In this document: positions 50,242 through 60,589 of the stretch, piece after piece | Numbering within the stretch: position 1 is the stretch's first letter | How the letters are laid out: each line of letters starts with the position of its first letter | From: Thermoproteota archaeon | GTDB lineage: Archaea > Thermoproteota > Methanomethylicia > Methanomethylicales > Methanomethylicaceae | DNA: 64,000 nucleotides | Direction of reading: 5' to 3' | Assembly: GCA_029887765.1 (NCBI GenBank) | Contig: JARXPF010000001.1 | Span: 194,378 to 258,377, forward strand | Program-made: the position numbers and the translations under genes | Notes under the pieces: model-generated | Seen by the model: only the letters and a program-made list of their open reading frames with translations | What the model was told of the DNA's origin: nothing | Database searches by the model: none

Positions 50242-51373
50242 TATTTATATAAGGTAAATATTCGGTAATTACTTTTTTAATAGATGCATGAAGTTCTTTT
50301 CCTAATGCTTTAAGCTCTTCTTTTTTCTTATCTCTTTCATCTTTACTACGACTTAAAATCTCTATAGTTTTAGGAAAGGAGTATTTTGTAAATTTATAAG
50401 GTCCTTTTCTTGCTAAAGCTGCCCCTCCAACTGCAAGTTCAATGCCATAACTTATTAAATCCCACATTTGTTTAAGTTTTGCTCTATTTAAGAATACATC
50501 AGCTTTTGAAAACCAATCATAAGCTTCAGCTCTTTCTTCAGGATTGGTATATTGATTTGGAATATTTTCATTTAACCATTGTATAAGCATGTCAATATCT
50601 ATGGCAGAACTATCAGCAATCATTTTAGCTCTTAAGATTGTATTTGCTGAAAATATTCCTTTCATCACATCAAATATTTCAAGTTCTTGAGATCTTGGAT
50701 AAAGTTTAATAATATCAGATTCTTTAAGAATTTTCTTACCTTCAGCAAGCATTTGGAGATCATTTATAGCTGCTCTAAGATCTCCATTTGCAATTTCTGC
50801 TATTCTTTTTAAAGCACCTTCTTCTACATTAATTCCAGCTAATTGAGCAATTCTTCTTAATCTAACTACAATACTTGGAGACCTGATTCTATTAAATTTT
50901 ATCATATGGCACATTTCTCTAAGTTGTTTAAATCTAGGATCCCAAGGATTATTAGCAATTAAAACTACGGGATGATGAGACACATTAATTATATTAATTA
51001 TAGCTCCAATACCACCTCTATCTTCTTTTCCTGAAATTCCATCTATCTCATCAAATAAAATTAACTTTCCTTTTTTTCCAAATAAAGAATATTGAAGAGA
51101 AGCACCACCAATTATTTCATTTATTATTTCTTCAGTTCTAAAATCACTTGCATTCATTTCTATAAGTTCTAAATTTAATGTTTCTGCTACAAGATGAACA
51201 GAGAGAGTTTTTCCAGTTCCAGGTGGACCGTATAAAAGAGCTGCTTTTTTGTCCACTTTATTTGCTAAATATGCCTTAACCCATTCTAATAATTCAGATG
51301 CAGCTTCAAAATTTCCAACTATTTCTTGAAGAGATTTTGGCTTAAATCTATCAGTCCATGGTAACTTATTCAT
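50219..51373 (-). CDS. rfcL: replication factor C large subunit
   Basis: LLYGPPGTGKT, AAA+ clamp loader. Confidence 0.75.
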   Translation of the reverse strand: MNKLPWTDRFKPKSLQEIVGNFEAASELLEWVKAYLANKVDKKAALLYGPPGTGKTLSVHLVAETLNLELIEMNASDFRTEEIINEIIGGASLQYSLFGKKGKLILFDEIDGISGKEDRGGIGAIINIINVSHHPVVLIANNPWDPRFKQLREMCHMIKFNRIRSPSIVVRLRRIAQLAGINVEEGALKRIAEIANGDLRAAINDLQMLAEGKKILKESDIIKLYPRSQELEIFDVMKGIFSANTILRAKMIADSSAIDIDMLIQWLNENIPNQYTNPEERAEAYDWFSKADVFLNRAKLKQMWDLISYGIELAVGGAALARKGPYKFTKYSFPKTIEILSRSKDERDKKKEELKALGKELHASIKKVITEYLPYINIIYKKEL

Positions 51374-52362
51374 TTATTACTCCCCAATAAAGCTAATTTT
51401 GCAATCATTGTATTTAATTGAATATCATCAGTTCCACCTTCAAGAATCCTATATTCTGTTTCTCCAAGTATTTCTATAATTTTTAATTTAGTTTTTTCAT
51501 CAATATCAAACATTATAACTTCTCTATGTAATTGTTTTATAATATCAAGACCAGAGAGACCATATTCAAACATAAGATTCATTATTTTACTTCTTGCATT
51601 AGAAAAATCTCCAGATAGAGCTTTTTCTAATACTTCTTTTAATTCTTTTGGACTTACTCTTCCAGCTACTTTTAACACTGAAGCTTCATCAACTTTTTTA
51701 CTTAAAGCTGCTGCAGCTTGTAAAGTATTTATAATTTTTCTTAAATCACCATTACCAATGTATATAAGTGCTTCCATTCCATCTTGAGTTATTTCCACCC
51801 CTTCCATATCACATATATATTTCACTCTAGCTTTAACATCCTCAGGTTTTAATGGCATAAATCTAAATAATGCACATCTAGATTGAATAGGCTCTATTAT
51901 TTTAGTATAATAATTACATGCTAAAATAAATCTACAAGTACTAGTATACATTTCCATTGTTCTTCTTAAAGCTTGTTGAGCATCAGCAGTCATATTATCA
52001 GCTTCATCAAGTACAAGAATTTTAAATGGTACATTACCCATACTAACAGTTCTTGCAAATTCTTTAACTGTTGTTCTAATAACATCTATTCCTCTTTCAT
52101 CACTTGCATTAAGTTCAAGATAATTTTTATGATAATCTTCTCCAAATAGATCCATAGCAAGAGCCATAGCTGCTGTTGTTTTTCCAGTTCCAGGTGGACC
52201 TGCAAATAAACAATGAGGCATTGATTTTTCTTTAACAAATCTCTTTAATCTTTCTACTACTTCTTCTTGATTAACTATTTCATCAAGAGTCCTTGGTCTA
52301 TATTTTTCAGTCCACATAATTTCCTTAATTTTTTGTTTTATTGCAGACATTATATTCACCAT
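51370..52362 (-). CDS. rfcS: replication factor C small subunit
   Basis: LFAGPPGTGKTT, DEADNM, SRC motif. Confidence 0.9.
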   Translation of the reverse strand: MVNIMSAIKQKIKEIMWTEKYRPRTLDEIVNQEEVVERLKRFVKEKSMPHCLFAGPPGTGKTTAAMALAMDLFGEDYHKNYLELNASDERGIDVIRTTVKEFARTVSMGNVPFKILVLDEADNMTADAQQALRRTMEMYTSTCRFILACNYYTKIIEPIQSRCALFRFMPLKPEDVKARVKYICDMEGVEITQDGMEALIYIGNGDLRKIINTLQAAAALSKKVDEASVLKVAGRVSPKELKEVLEKALSGDFSNARSKIMNLMFEYGLSGLDIIKQLHREVIMFDIDEKTKLKIIEILGETEYRILEGGTDDIQLNTMIAKLALLGSNK

Positions 52363-52416
52363 TATCTTATACTAAATTGTTAAATTTCTGATTTATTAAT
52401 AGATCTGTGAGTTATT

Positions 52417-52971
52417 ATGTCTATTGAAGTTATAAAATATCATCAATTTATTTATGAAGAAGACTTGGTAGAAGTGGTCTTTCAAAAACCTATTCCTAAA
52501 TTAAGAATAGGAGGAGAAGATTATGGCTCACCTATTAAAGGAACAGAAATTAAAATTCCTAGATGGGCTGCTAAAGCTCTTGAAGAAGAAGGTTATGTAA
52601 AAATAAAAGATGATACTCAATTGAAATTACTAGATATTATTAAATTACTATGGAAAGAAGAAAAAACAGAAACATTATGCAAAATGCCAGAAAAATTTTA
52701 TCCAAAATTAAGAGAATTTTTAAAAATATTAAATGAAAATGTAAAAAGAAATCCTACAGATATTACAATAAATGAACAAAAAAAAGCATATATGAAATCT
52801 CTTGATTTAATAAATTGTAGACTTCAAAAAATTATTAGATTAGCTTTTGAAAGATCTCCTCCAAAATCTTCAATTGATTTACTTGAGCCTGAGGAATTAG
52901 CTTTATTTAAAGCTCTAAGATTTGAAATAGAGAATTGGAGACAAAGAATAATTATTGAGGGGATGGAATAA
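52417..52971 (+). CDS. GINS subunit-like protein immediately upstream of MCM
   Basis: 184 aa alpha-helical; position matches the gins23-mcm arrangement in crenarchaea. Confidence 0.45.
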   Translation: MSIEVIKYHQFIYEEDLVEVVFQKPIPKLRIGGEDYGSPIKGTEIKIPRWAAKALEEEGYVKIKDDTQLKLLDIIKLLWKEEKTETLCKMPEKFYPKLREFLKILNENVKRNPTDITINEQKKAYMKSLDLINCRLQKIIRLAFERSPPKSSIDLLEPEELALFKALRFEIENWRQRIIIEGME

Positions 52972-55026
52972 ATGGAGCCTATTCTTACTAAGGAAATGGA
53001 CTATAGAGAAAGATTTGCTAATTTCTTAAGATATTTTCAAGATAATCAAGGAAGATTTAAGTATAGAGAAGCATTAGCTCAAATGGCTTCTTTAGGCAAG
53101 ACTTCTTTAGTAATAGATTTTGAAGATTTAATGATTTATGATAGTGAATTAGCAAAAGAACTTAAGGAAAAACCTAATAAAATTATTACATATGCAAATT
53201 TTGCTATAGCAGATGTTCTTAGAGTAGAACATATGGAATATGTAGCTAAAATTAAAGAATTTAAAGCAAGATTTAGAAAACTTGATGAAATTGTACCTTT
53301 AAGAGAATTAAAAGCTTCTTTCATAGGAAAATTAATAATGATTGAAGGAATAATTACTAGAACTTCTGCTGTTAAGCAATTATTAAAAATAGCAGTATTT
53401 CAATGTCCAGTTTGTGGAAGAGAAATATCAATTGAACAAAGTAGTACTAATATAATAACACCAAATCAATGTGATGATTGTGGAAGAAAAGGAAAATTAA
53501 AACTCCTTCAAGAAAAATCAGAATTTATAGATTGGCAAAAAATAAGAGTACAAGAAAGACCTGAAGAACTCCCACCAGGTCAACTTCCACGTTCAATAGA
53601 TTGTGTATTACAAGGAGATTTAGTGGATACAATAAGGCCAGGGGATAGAGTTTATGTTATAGGAATACTTCAACCTAGACAAGAATCAAGCAGACTTGCA
53701 ACTTTTTCTGTAGAAGTAGATGTAAATTATATAGAAATTTCTGAAAAAGGAATGGAAGAAGTTAAAATTACACCTGAGGATGAAAAAACAATAATAGAGC
53801 TTTCTAAAGATCCATTACTTTATCAAAAAATATTTTCATCAATAGCTCCATCAATATATGGTTATGAAGAAATAAAAGAAGCTATAGCCTATCAACTTGC
53901 AGGTGGAGTACCAAAGATTATGCCAGATGGAATAAAAGTAAGAGGCGATATTAATATACTATTAGTTGGAGATCCTGGTACAGCAAAATCTCAATTACTT
54001 CAATATGTAGCAAAAATTGCTCCTAGAGGAATTTATACTTCAGGAAAAGGTGCAACTGCTGCAGGATTAACTGCTACTGTTGTAAGAGATAAAGAAACTA
54101 ATGAATTCTTTTTAGAAGCTGGTGCATTAGTACTTGCTGATAATGGTATTGCTTGTATTGATGAAATAGATAAAATGAGATCTGAAGATAGAGTAGCATT
54201 ACATGAAGCTATGGAGCAACAAACAATAAGTATAGCAAAAGCAGGAATAGTAGTTCAACTTAATGCTAGAACTAGTATACTAGCTGCTGCAAATCCAACT
54301 TTTGGACGTTATGTTCCACAAAGATCAATAGCTGAAAATTTATCAGAATTACCAGTTACCATACTTTCAAGATTTGACTTAATATTTCCATTAATGGATA
54401 GACCACAAGAAGCAAGAGATAGAGCTATGACAGAACATATTCTTTCTCTTCATCAAGGAATTGCTGTAAGTAAAACTTCAATAATAAGTCCTGAATTATT
54501 AAAGAAATATTTCTATTATGTTAGAAAAAATGCAAAACCAAAATTAAGTGAAAGAGCAGCAAAGAAAATAGAAGAATTCTTTTTAGAAATGAGGGGGAAA
54601 AGTGAAGGAACAGACTCTCCTGTTCCTATAACAATGAGACAACTTGAAGCTTTAATAAGATTAGCTGAAGCTAGAGCAAAACTTGCACTTAAAGAAGAAG
54701 TTACAGAAGAAGATGTAGAACCAGTAATTAAATTAATGAAATCTTTCTTAATGCAAGTAGGAATAGATAGAACTACAGGAAAACTTGATATAGATACAAT
54801 AATGGTTGGAAGACCAAAATCTATAAGTGATAAACTTGCTGCTTTATTTGATTTATTAATAACAATGGAAAAAGAAAATGGCATGAATCCTGTTAAAAAA
54901 GATGCATTTATAGCAAGAGCTGAAAGTGAGGGTTTTAGTAGAAATTTCATTGAAAATGCTTTAATTAAATGGACTAATGAAGGAATAATATATGAAGCAA
55001 AGCCAGGATATATAAAGAAGGCTTAG
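52972..55026 (+). CDS. mcm: MCM replicative helicase
   Basis: Zn finger CPVCG..CDDCG, Walker A GDPGTAKSQ, IDEIDKM, arginine finger, C-terminal wH. Confidence 0.9.
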   Translation: MEPILTKEMDYRERFANFLRYFQDNQGRFKYREALAQMASLGKTSLVIDFEDLMIYDSELAKELKEKPNKIITYANFAIADVLRVEHMEYVAKIKEFKARFRKLDEIVPLRELKASFIGKLIMIEGIITRTSAVKQLLKIAVFQCPVCGREISIEQSSTNIITPNQCDDCGRKGKLKLLQEKSEFIDWQKIRVQERPEELPPGQLPRSIDCVLQGDLVDTIRPGDRVYVIGILQPRQESSRLATFSVEVDVNYIEISEKGMEEVKITPEDEKTIIELSKDPLLYQKIFSSIAPSIYGYEEIKEAIAYQLAGGVPKIMPDGIKVRGDINILLVGDPGTAKSQLLQYVAKIAPRGIYTSGKGATAAGLTATVVRDKETNEFFLEAGALVLADNGIACIDEIDKMRSEDRVALHEAMEQQTISIAKAGIVVQLNARTSILAAANPTFGRYVPQRSIAENLSELPVTILSRFDLIFPLMDRPQEARDRAMTEHILSLHQGIAVSKTSIISPELLKKYFYYVRKNAKPKLSERAAKKIEEFFLEMRGKSEGTDSPVPITMRQLEALIRLAEARAKLALKEEVTEEDVEPVIKLMKSFLMQVGIDRTTGKLDIDTIMVGRPKSISDKLAALFDLLITMEKENGMNPVKKDAFIARAESEGFSRNFIENALIKWTNEGIIYEAKPGYIKKA

Positions 55027-57180
55027 TGGAGGGTTAAAGAAATTAAAATAGAAGAATTACAAATTCCAAATGAAGCTAAAAATCTTTTATTAGAATTAGG
55101 AATAAAAGAACTATATCCTCCTCAAGAAGAAGCTATAAAAATAGGAGTATTAGATGGAAAAAATGTTTTATTAGCAGTTCCAACAGCATCAGGAAAAACT
55201 TTAGTAGCAATTTTATGTTCAATAAAACATGTTTTAGAAAAAAAAGGGAAAGTGTTGTATTTAGTTCCATTAAAAGCTTTAGCAAATGAAAAATTTGAAG
55301 AATTTAAATCTTTAGAAAAAATTGGAATAAAGGTTACATTTTCAACTAGTGATTATGATAAAGTTGATCCTTCATTAGAAAATTATGATATTATAATAGC
55401 AACAAATGAAAAAGCTGATTCTATTATAAGACATAAACCAAATTGGATAAATAAAATATCATTAATAGTAGTTGATGAAATTCATTTATTAGGAGAACCT
55501 TCAAGAGGTCCAACATTAGAAGTATTATTAACTTCACTTAGAATATTAAATCCAAATGCTCAAATTATTGCTCTAAGTGCAACAATAAAAAATGCTTCTG
55601 AAATTGCAGAATGGTTAAAAGCAATACCTATTAATAGTAATTGGAGACCAATTCCACTTAAAGAAGGAGTGTTTTTAAGAGATACTATATTATTTAAAAA
55701 TGGAAGTATTGTTAAAATATATGAAAAAGAAAAAGATTCTGTAATTGCATTAACTTTAGATTGTTTAAGACAAGGTGGTCAAGTATTAATATTTACAGGA
55801 AGTAGAGCTTCTGCAGTTTCTCTTGCAAAAAAACTTTCTGAATCAGTAGGAAGATTTTTGAAAAATGAAGAAATAAAAAAATTAATGGAATTATCTTCTA
55901 AAATACTTGGATTAGGAGAAAGAACTAGAATTTCTGAAACTCTTTCTAAACTTATTTCTTATGGAGTAGCTTTTCATCATGCTGGTTTAACTTATGAACA
56001 AAGAAAACTTATAGAAAATGCCTTTCGCTCTTCTTTAATAAAATGTATATGTGCAACTCCAACTTTAGCTGCTGGAGTAAATCTTCCTGCAAGACGTGTT
56101 ATAATATATGATTATAAAAGATATGAACCAGGAGTTGGTCAAGTAGAAATACCAATTATGGAAGAAAAACAAATGGCTGGAAGAGCAGGAAGACCAAAAT
56201 ATGATAAAGAAGGAGAGGCTATTTTAATAGCTAAAAATGAAAATGAAATGGAATTTCTTTTTGAAGAATATGTACTTGCAAATCCTGAAAAAATATGGTC
56301 TAAATTAGGCACTTCTTCTTCATTAAGAGCTCATATTTTAGCAATAATAGCAACAAATTTAGTAAATTATGAAGAAGAAATTTTTGAATTTTTTACTAAA
56401 ACATTATTTGCTCATCAATATGGTCTTAATAATTTTAATAAAAAAATTTCAAATGTATTAAATTTATTAATTAAAGAAGATTTAGTAGAAAATTCAAAAG
56501 GAAAATTAAGAGCCACAAAATTTGGAAAAAGAGTAGCTGAATTGTATATAGATCCAGAAACTGCTATAATAATAAGAGATGGTTTAAATTCTCCACCATT
56601 ATCTACAATGGAGTACTTACTTCTAATATGTCAAACTCCTGATATGCCAGGTCTTCCATTTAGAAAAAAAGATCTCTCAATTATTAATGAATTTATTAAT
56701 AATGAAATACAATATGAAGATCCAGAATTTTTAGCAAAATTAGAAAAAATTAAAGTTGCACTTATGTTAAATAGTTGGATAAATGAAGAACCTGAAGATA
56801 AAATAATTGAGAAATTTGATGTAGGTTCAGGTGATATTTATTCATATGTAGAAACTGCTAAATGGTTATTACATTCAGCTTATGAATTAGCAAAATTATT
56901 TAATTATGAGAAACATTTAATCCCACTTAATAAATTATACTTAAGAATTGAAAATGGAGTTAAAGAAGAATTAATCCCATTAGTAAGTTTAAGAGGAATT
57001 GGAAGAGTAAGAGCAAGAGCACTTTATTCAGCAGGATTTAAAACAATTGAAGATTTAAGAAAAGCTGAAATTTCTGATCTTATAAAAATTCCACAAATTG
57101 GTCCTGAGACTGCGAAGCTTATAAAAGAACAAGTAGGTTATAATGAAATAAAAAAGCAATTAACTATAGATAATTGGTGA
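55027..57180 (+). CDS. hel308: Hel308/Hjm (Ski2-like) DNA helicase; start codon unresolved
   Basis: In-frame coding begins right after the MCM TAG and includes the Q-motif (YPPQ) and motif I (VPTASGKT). The first canonical start is GTG at 55252, downstream of motif I. Downstream motifs (DEIH, SAT, TPTLAAGVNLPA, QMAGRAGRP) are present. Confidence 0.8.
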   Translation, partial: WRVKEIKIEELQIPNEAKNLLLELGIKELYPPQEEAIKIGVLDGKNVLLAVPTASGKTLVAILCSIKHVLEKKGKVLYLVPLKALANEKFEEFKSLEKIGIKVTFSTSDYDKVDPSLENYDIIIATNEKADSIIRHKPNWINKISLIVVDEIHLLGEPSRGPTLEVLLTSLRILNPNAQIIALSATIKNASEIAEWLKAIPINSNWRPIPLKEGVFLRDTILFKNGSIVKIYEKEKDSVIALTLDCLRQGGQVLIFTGSRASAVSLAKKLSESVGRFLKNEEIKKLMELSSKILGLGERTRISETLSKLISYGVAFHHAGLTYEQRKLIENAFRSSLIKCICATPTLAAGVNLPARRVIIYDYKRYEPGVGQVEIPIMEEKQMAGRAGRPKYDKEGEAILIAKNENEMEFLFEEYVLANPEKIWSKLGTSSSLRAHILAIIATNLVNYEEEIFEFFTKTLFAHQYGLNNFNKKISNVLNLLIKEDLVENSKGKLRATKFGKRVAELYIDPETAIIIRDGLNSPPLSTMEYLLLICQTPDMPGLPFRKKDLSIINEFINNEIQYEDPEFLAKLEKIKVALMLNSWINEEPEDKIIEKFDVGSGDIYSYVETAKWLLHSAYELAKLFNYEKHLIPLNKLYLRIENGVKEELIPLVSLRGIGRVRARALYSAGFKTIEDLRKAEISDLIKIPQIGPETAKLIKEQVGYNEIKKQLTIDNW

Positions 57181-57184
57181 TATA

Positions 57185-58384
57185 ATGCGTAAATTTCATA
57201 TTGCTACAGATGAAGAAATAAAATCTGGTCTTACATCCGATATTTATTATATTAGAACTAAAGAAATAATTGAAAAGAAAAATATGAATAAAAATGTTGT
57301 AGCAGAAATAACTGTAGGAAAACTTCCAAGAAATTGGGAATGGGGAGTTCTTTGTGGAATTGAAGAACTTGTAAATCTTTATGAAAATGTCCCAGTAGAT
57401 TTATATGCCATACCTGAAGGAACAGTTTTTCCAAAAAAAGATGAAAATGGAATAAAAATACCTTTAGTAGAGATTATTGGAAAATATGGAGATTTTGTAA
57501 ATATTGAAACTGCAACAGTAGGACTTTTATGTCAAGCTTCTGGTGTTGCTACAGCAGCCGCTAGAATAAAAAAAGTTGCTAAAGGAAAAGAAGTTTTAGC
57601 TTTTGGGATTAGACGAATGCATCCAGCGATATCTCCAATGTTAGATAGAGCAGCATACATTGGAGGATTTGATGGAGTTTCTGGAATTTTAGGAGCAAAA
57701 TTAATAGGAATAAAACCTTCTGGTACTATGCCTCATACTTTAATATTAATTTTTGAAGATCAAATTTCAGCTTGGAAAGCTTTTGATGAAATTATTGATT
57801 CTTCAATACCAAGAATTGCTTTAGTTGATACTTTTTGGGATGAAAAATATGAAGCAATATTAGCTGCAAATACTTTAAAAGATAAATTATATGGTATTAG
57901 ATTAGATACACCAGGATCAAGAAGAGGAGATTTTCTAGAAATTATAAGAGAAGTAAGATGGGAATTGGATATTCGAGGATATAATCATGTTAAAATATAT
58001 GTTTCTGGTGGGCTTGATGAAAAAACAGTAGCATTATTAGCTGAAGGACCAGTTGATGGATTTGGTGTTGGAACTTGGGTTTCCAATGCTCCAACAATAG
58101 ATTTTTCAATGGATATTGTAGAAGTTGAAGGAAAACCAATATCAAAAAGAGGAAAATTAAGTGGAAGAAAAAAACCTTGGAGATGTAATTCTTGTTATAC
58201 ATGGAAGGTTACAAAATTTGATTTAGAATCAATAGAATGTCCAAAATGTGGTGAACAAATGACTCCAATGTTTATAAAATACATAGAAAGAGGAAAGATT
58301 ATTGGTAATTTAAAAACTCCAAAAGAAATAAGAGATTATGTTCTTAAACAATTAGAAAAATATAGTGTAGAGGTAGGAAATTAA
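57185..58384 (+). CDS. pncB: nicotinate phosphoribosyltransferase family protein
   Basis: 399 aa, NAPRTase-like N-terminus and a C-terminal Zn ribbon. Confidence 0.65.
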   Translation: MRKFHIATDEEIKSGLTSDIYYIRTKEIIEKKNMNKNVVAEITVGKLPRNWEWGVLCGIEELVNLYENVPVDLYAIPEGTVFPKKDENGIKIPLVEIIGKYGDFVNIETATVGLLCQASGVATAAARIKKVAKGKEVLAFGIRRMHPAISPMLDRAAYIGGFDGVSGILGAKLIGIKPSGTMPHTLILIFEDQISAWKAFDEIIDSSIPRIALVDTFWDEKYEAILAANTLKDKLYGIRLDTPGSRRGDFLEIIREVRWELDIRGYNHVKIYVSGGLDEKTVALLAEGPVDGFGVGTWVSNAPTIDFSMDIVEVEGKPISKRGKLSGRKKPWRCNSCYTWKVTKFDLESIECPKCGEQMTPMFIKYIERGKIIGNLKTPKEIRDYVLKQLEKYSVEVGN

Positions 58385-59652
58385 TGGAATTTATTATAAA
58401 AAAAGTTCATGCACGTGAAATTATTGATTCACGTGGAAATCCAACTATAGAGTGTGAAATTTTTACTGAAAAAGGTTTAGGAAGAGCTTCAGTTCCATCA
58501 GGTGCTTCTACAGGAACATATGAAGCTTTAGAACTTAGAGATGGTAATAGTAGATTTAAAGGAAAAGGTGTATTAAAAGCTTGTAAAAATATAAATGAAA
58601 TTATAGCACCTGCTATAATTGGAATGGATGTTAGAAATCAAGAAGAAATAGATAATAAAATGATAGAACTTGATGGAACAGAAAATAAATCAAAACTTGG
58701 AGCAAATGCTATACTTGCAGTTTCCTTGGCTGTAGCAAGAACTGCTTCAAATATATTGAACATTCCATTATTTAAATATTTAAATGAAAAAGCTTCAATT
58801 TTACCTGTCCCATTAATGAATATAATTAATGGAGGAAAACATGCAGGAAATGAACTCTCAATTCAAGAATTTATGATCGTTCCTGTTAATTTTAATTCAT
58901 TTAAAGAAGCTTTAAGAGCTGGATGCGAAATTTATATGGAGCTTAAAAATTTACTTAAAATTAAACATGGAGCTTCAGCTATAAATGTTGGAGATGAAGG
59001 AGGATTTGCTCCTCCAATTTCTAATACAAAAGAAGCTTTATGTATTATAGAAGAAGCAATTAATAGAATAGGATATTCTAAGAAAGTATTAATGGCAATA
59101 GATGCAGCAGCTACAAGTTTTTACAATAATGGAAAGTATGTAATAGATGGAAAAATAATGCAAAAAGAAGAACTTTTGGACTATTATATTGAAATTACTT
59201 CAGAATTTCCTATAATATTAATAGAAGATCCATTTTATGAAGAAGATTTTGAATCTTTTAAAGAATTAACTAAAAAAATTGGAAATAAAATTGAAGTTGT
59301 AGGAGATGACATTTTTGTTACAAATATAAAACGTTTAAAAAAAGGAATTGAAATTGGAGCTGCAAATTCTATTCTTATAAAAGTAAATCAAATAGGAACA
59401 TTAACTGAAGCAATTAATGTTGCAAAATTTGCACTTAATAATAATTATGGGATAGTAGTAAGTCATCGTTCTGGAGAAACTGAAGATAATTATATTGCAG
59501 ATTTAGCAGTAGCATTAGAAGGAGGAAAAATAAAAACAGGAGCACCTGCAAGAGGTGAAAGAACTTCTAAGTATAATCAATTAATAAGAATAGAAGAATA
59601 TCTTGAAAAAGGAAAATATTTAGGATTATTAGCTTTTAAAAGAAAAGACTAA
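58384..59652 (+). CDS. eno: enolase
   Basis: SHRSGETED and IKVNQIGT motifs. Confidence 0.9.
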   Translation: MEFIIKKVHAREIIDSRGNPTIECEIFTEKGLGRASVPSGASTGTYEALELRDGNSRFKGKGVLKACKNINEIIAPAIIGMDVRNQEEIDNKMIELDGTENKSKLGANAILAVSLAVARTASNILNIPLFKYLNEKASILPVPLMNIINGGKHAGNELSIQEFMIVPVNFNSFKEALRAGCEIYMELKNLLKIKHGASAINVGDEGGFAPPISNTKEALCIIEEAINRIGYSKKVLMAIDAAATSFYNNGKYVIDGKIMQKEELLDYYIEITSEFPIILIEDPFYEEDFESFKELTKKIGNKIEVVGDDIFVTNIKRLKKGIEIGAANSILIKVNQIGTLTEAINVAKFALNNNYGIVVSHRSGETEDNYIADLAVALEGGKIKTGAPARGERTSKYNQLIRIEEYLEKGKYLGLLAFKRKD

Positions 59653-59820
59653 TTTTAGCTCAATGAATTCTTTTTTATATTTTAGAAATTAATGTTTATT
59701 TAGTAAGAAAAATTGTAAAAAGCCTTAGTTATTTATTCTAGATGATTCATTTACTCTAAATTTGTAAAAATGTCTTAAAAGATTATATTTAGTTGGCTTT
59801 AATCTAAAAATATTTATGTA

Positions 59821-59896
59821 TGGGGCCGTCGGGATTTGAACCCGAGACCACAAGCGCCCCAGGCTTGCATCCTAGACCAAGCTAGACTACGGCCCC
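59821..59896 (-). tRNA. tRNA-Pro (anticodon GGG)
   Basis: Reverse complement: acceptor GGGGCCG/CGGCCCC, anticodon stem CAAGC/GCTTG with loop CTGGGGC, T-arm TCGGG-TTCAAAT-CCCGA. Confidence 0.8.
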
Positions 59897-59985
59897 TTTT
59901 AGGTTATTTTTCTTATATAGACTTTTATTTTTTATTATTATGAATTTAGTAAAAGTTTAAAGCCATAAAAATTTAATTCAATATT

Positions 59986-60468
59986 ATGAAATGTTTAGTA
60001 GTTTTTTATTCAAGAACTGGAAATACTAAGAAAGTTGCTGAAAAAATTGCTGAAATGTTAAATTGTGATTTAGAGGAAATTATAGATATAAAAAATAGAA
60101 GTGGATTATTAGGATTTTTACGTTCAGGATTTGAAGCAGTTTTAAAAAAACTCACAATAATAGCAAAAACAAAGTATAATCCTGATGATTATGATCTTGT
60201 AATTATAGGAACACCAGTATGGGCAGGAACAATATCAACTCCAATAAGAACATATATGATTATGAATAAAGATAAATTTAAAAAAGTAGCATTTTTCTGT
60301 ACATTAATTAGAAAAACTGCTCCAAAAGTATTTAAAGAAATGAAGGAAGTTTGTCAAAAAGAACCCATATCTACTATTATGATTAGAGCTTCAGAAATAA
60401 ATTCAGGAATCTATGCAAAAAAATTAGAAGAATTTGTGTCAAAAATAAAGAATTTAAACAATAGTTAA
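59986..60468 (+). CDS. flavodoxin-like protein
   Basis: MKCLVVFYSRTGNTKKVAE FMN-binding loop. Confidence 0.6.
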   Translation: MKCLVVFYSRTGNTKKVAEKIAEMLNCDLEEIIDIKNRSGLLGFLRSGFEAVLKKLTIIAKTKYNPDDYDLVIIGTPVWAGTISTPIRTYMIMNKDKFKKVAFFCTLIRKTAPKVFKEMKEVCQKEPISTIMIRASEINSGIYAKKLEEFVSKIKNLNNS

Positions 60469-60495
60469 ATATTTGTGATTATAACTATAGTCTGA

Positions 60496-60589
60496 GCGGC
60501 CGTAGTCTAGCATGGTCTAGGACGTCGGCCTTCCATGGATAGCCCGAAGAACGCCGAGGACCCGGGTTCAAATCCCGGCGGCCGCACCA
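60496..60589 (+). tRNA. tRNA-Gly (anticodon UCC) with canonical 16-nt intron after position 37; CCA encoded
   Basis: Acceptor GCGGCCG/CGGCCGC, anticodon stem TCGGC/GCCGA, loop CTTCCA, intron at 60536-60551, T-arm CCGGG-TTCAAAT-CCCGG. Confidence 0.8.

Noticed and set aside
53136-54950. Minus-strand ORFs (62 aa and 144 aa) inside mcm
   Set aside because: They are antisense to MCM, and their Ser/Leu-rich low-complexity translations are shadow ORFs.
55024-55026. TAG between mcm and hel308 as a recoded, read-through codon producing an obligatory MCM-Hel308 fusion
   Set aside because: TAG clearly terminates other genes in this window (for example 6353-7615 and hypA), so genome-wide TAG reassignment is unlikely. 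Only local read-through or a non-canonical start remain plausible.
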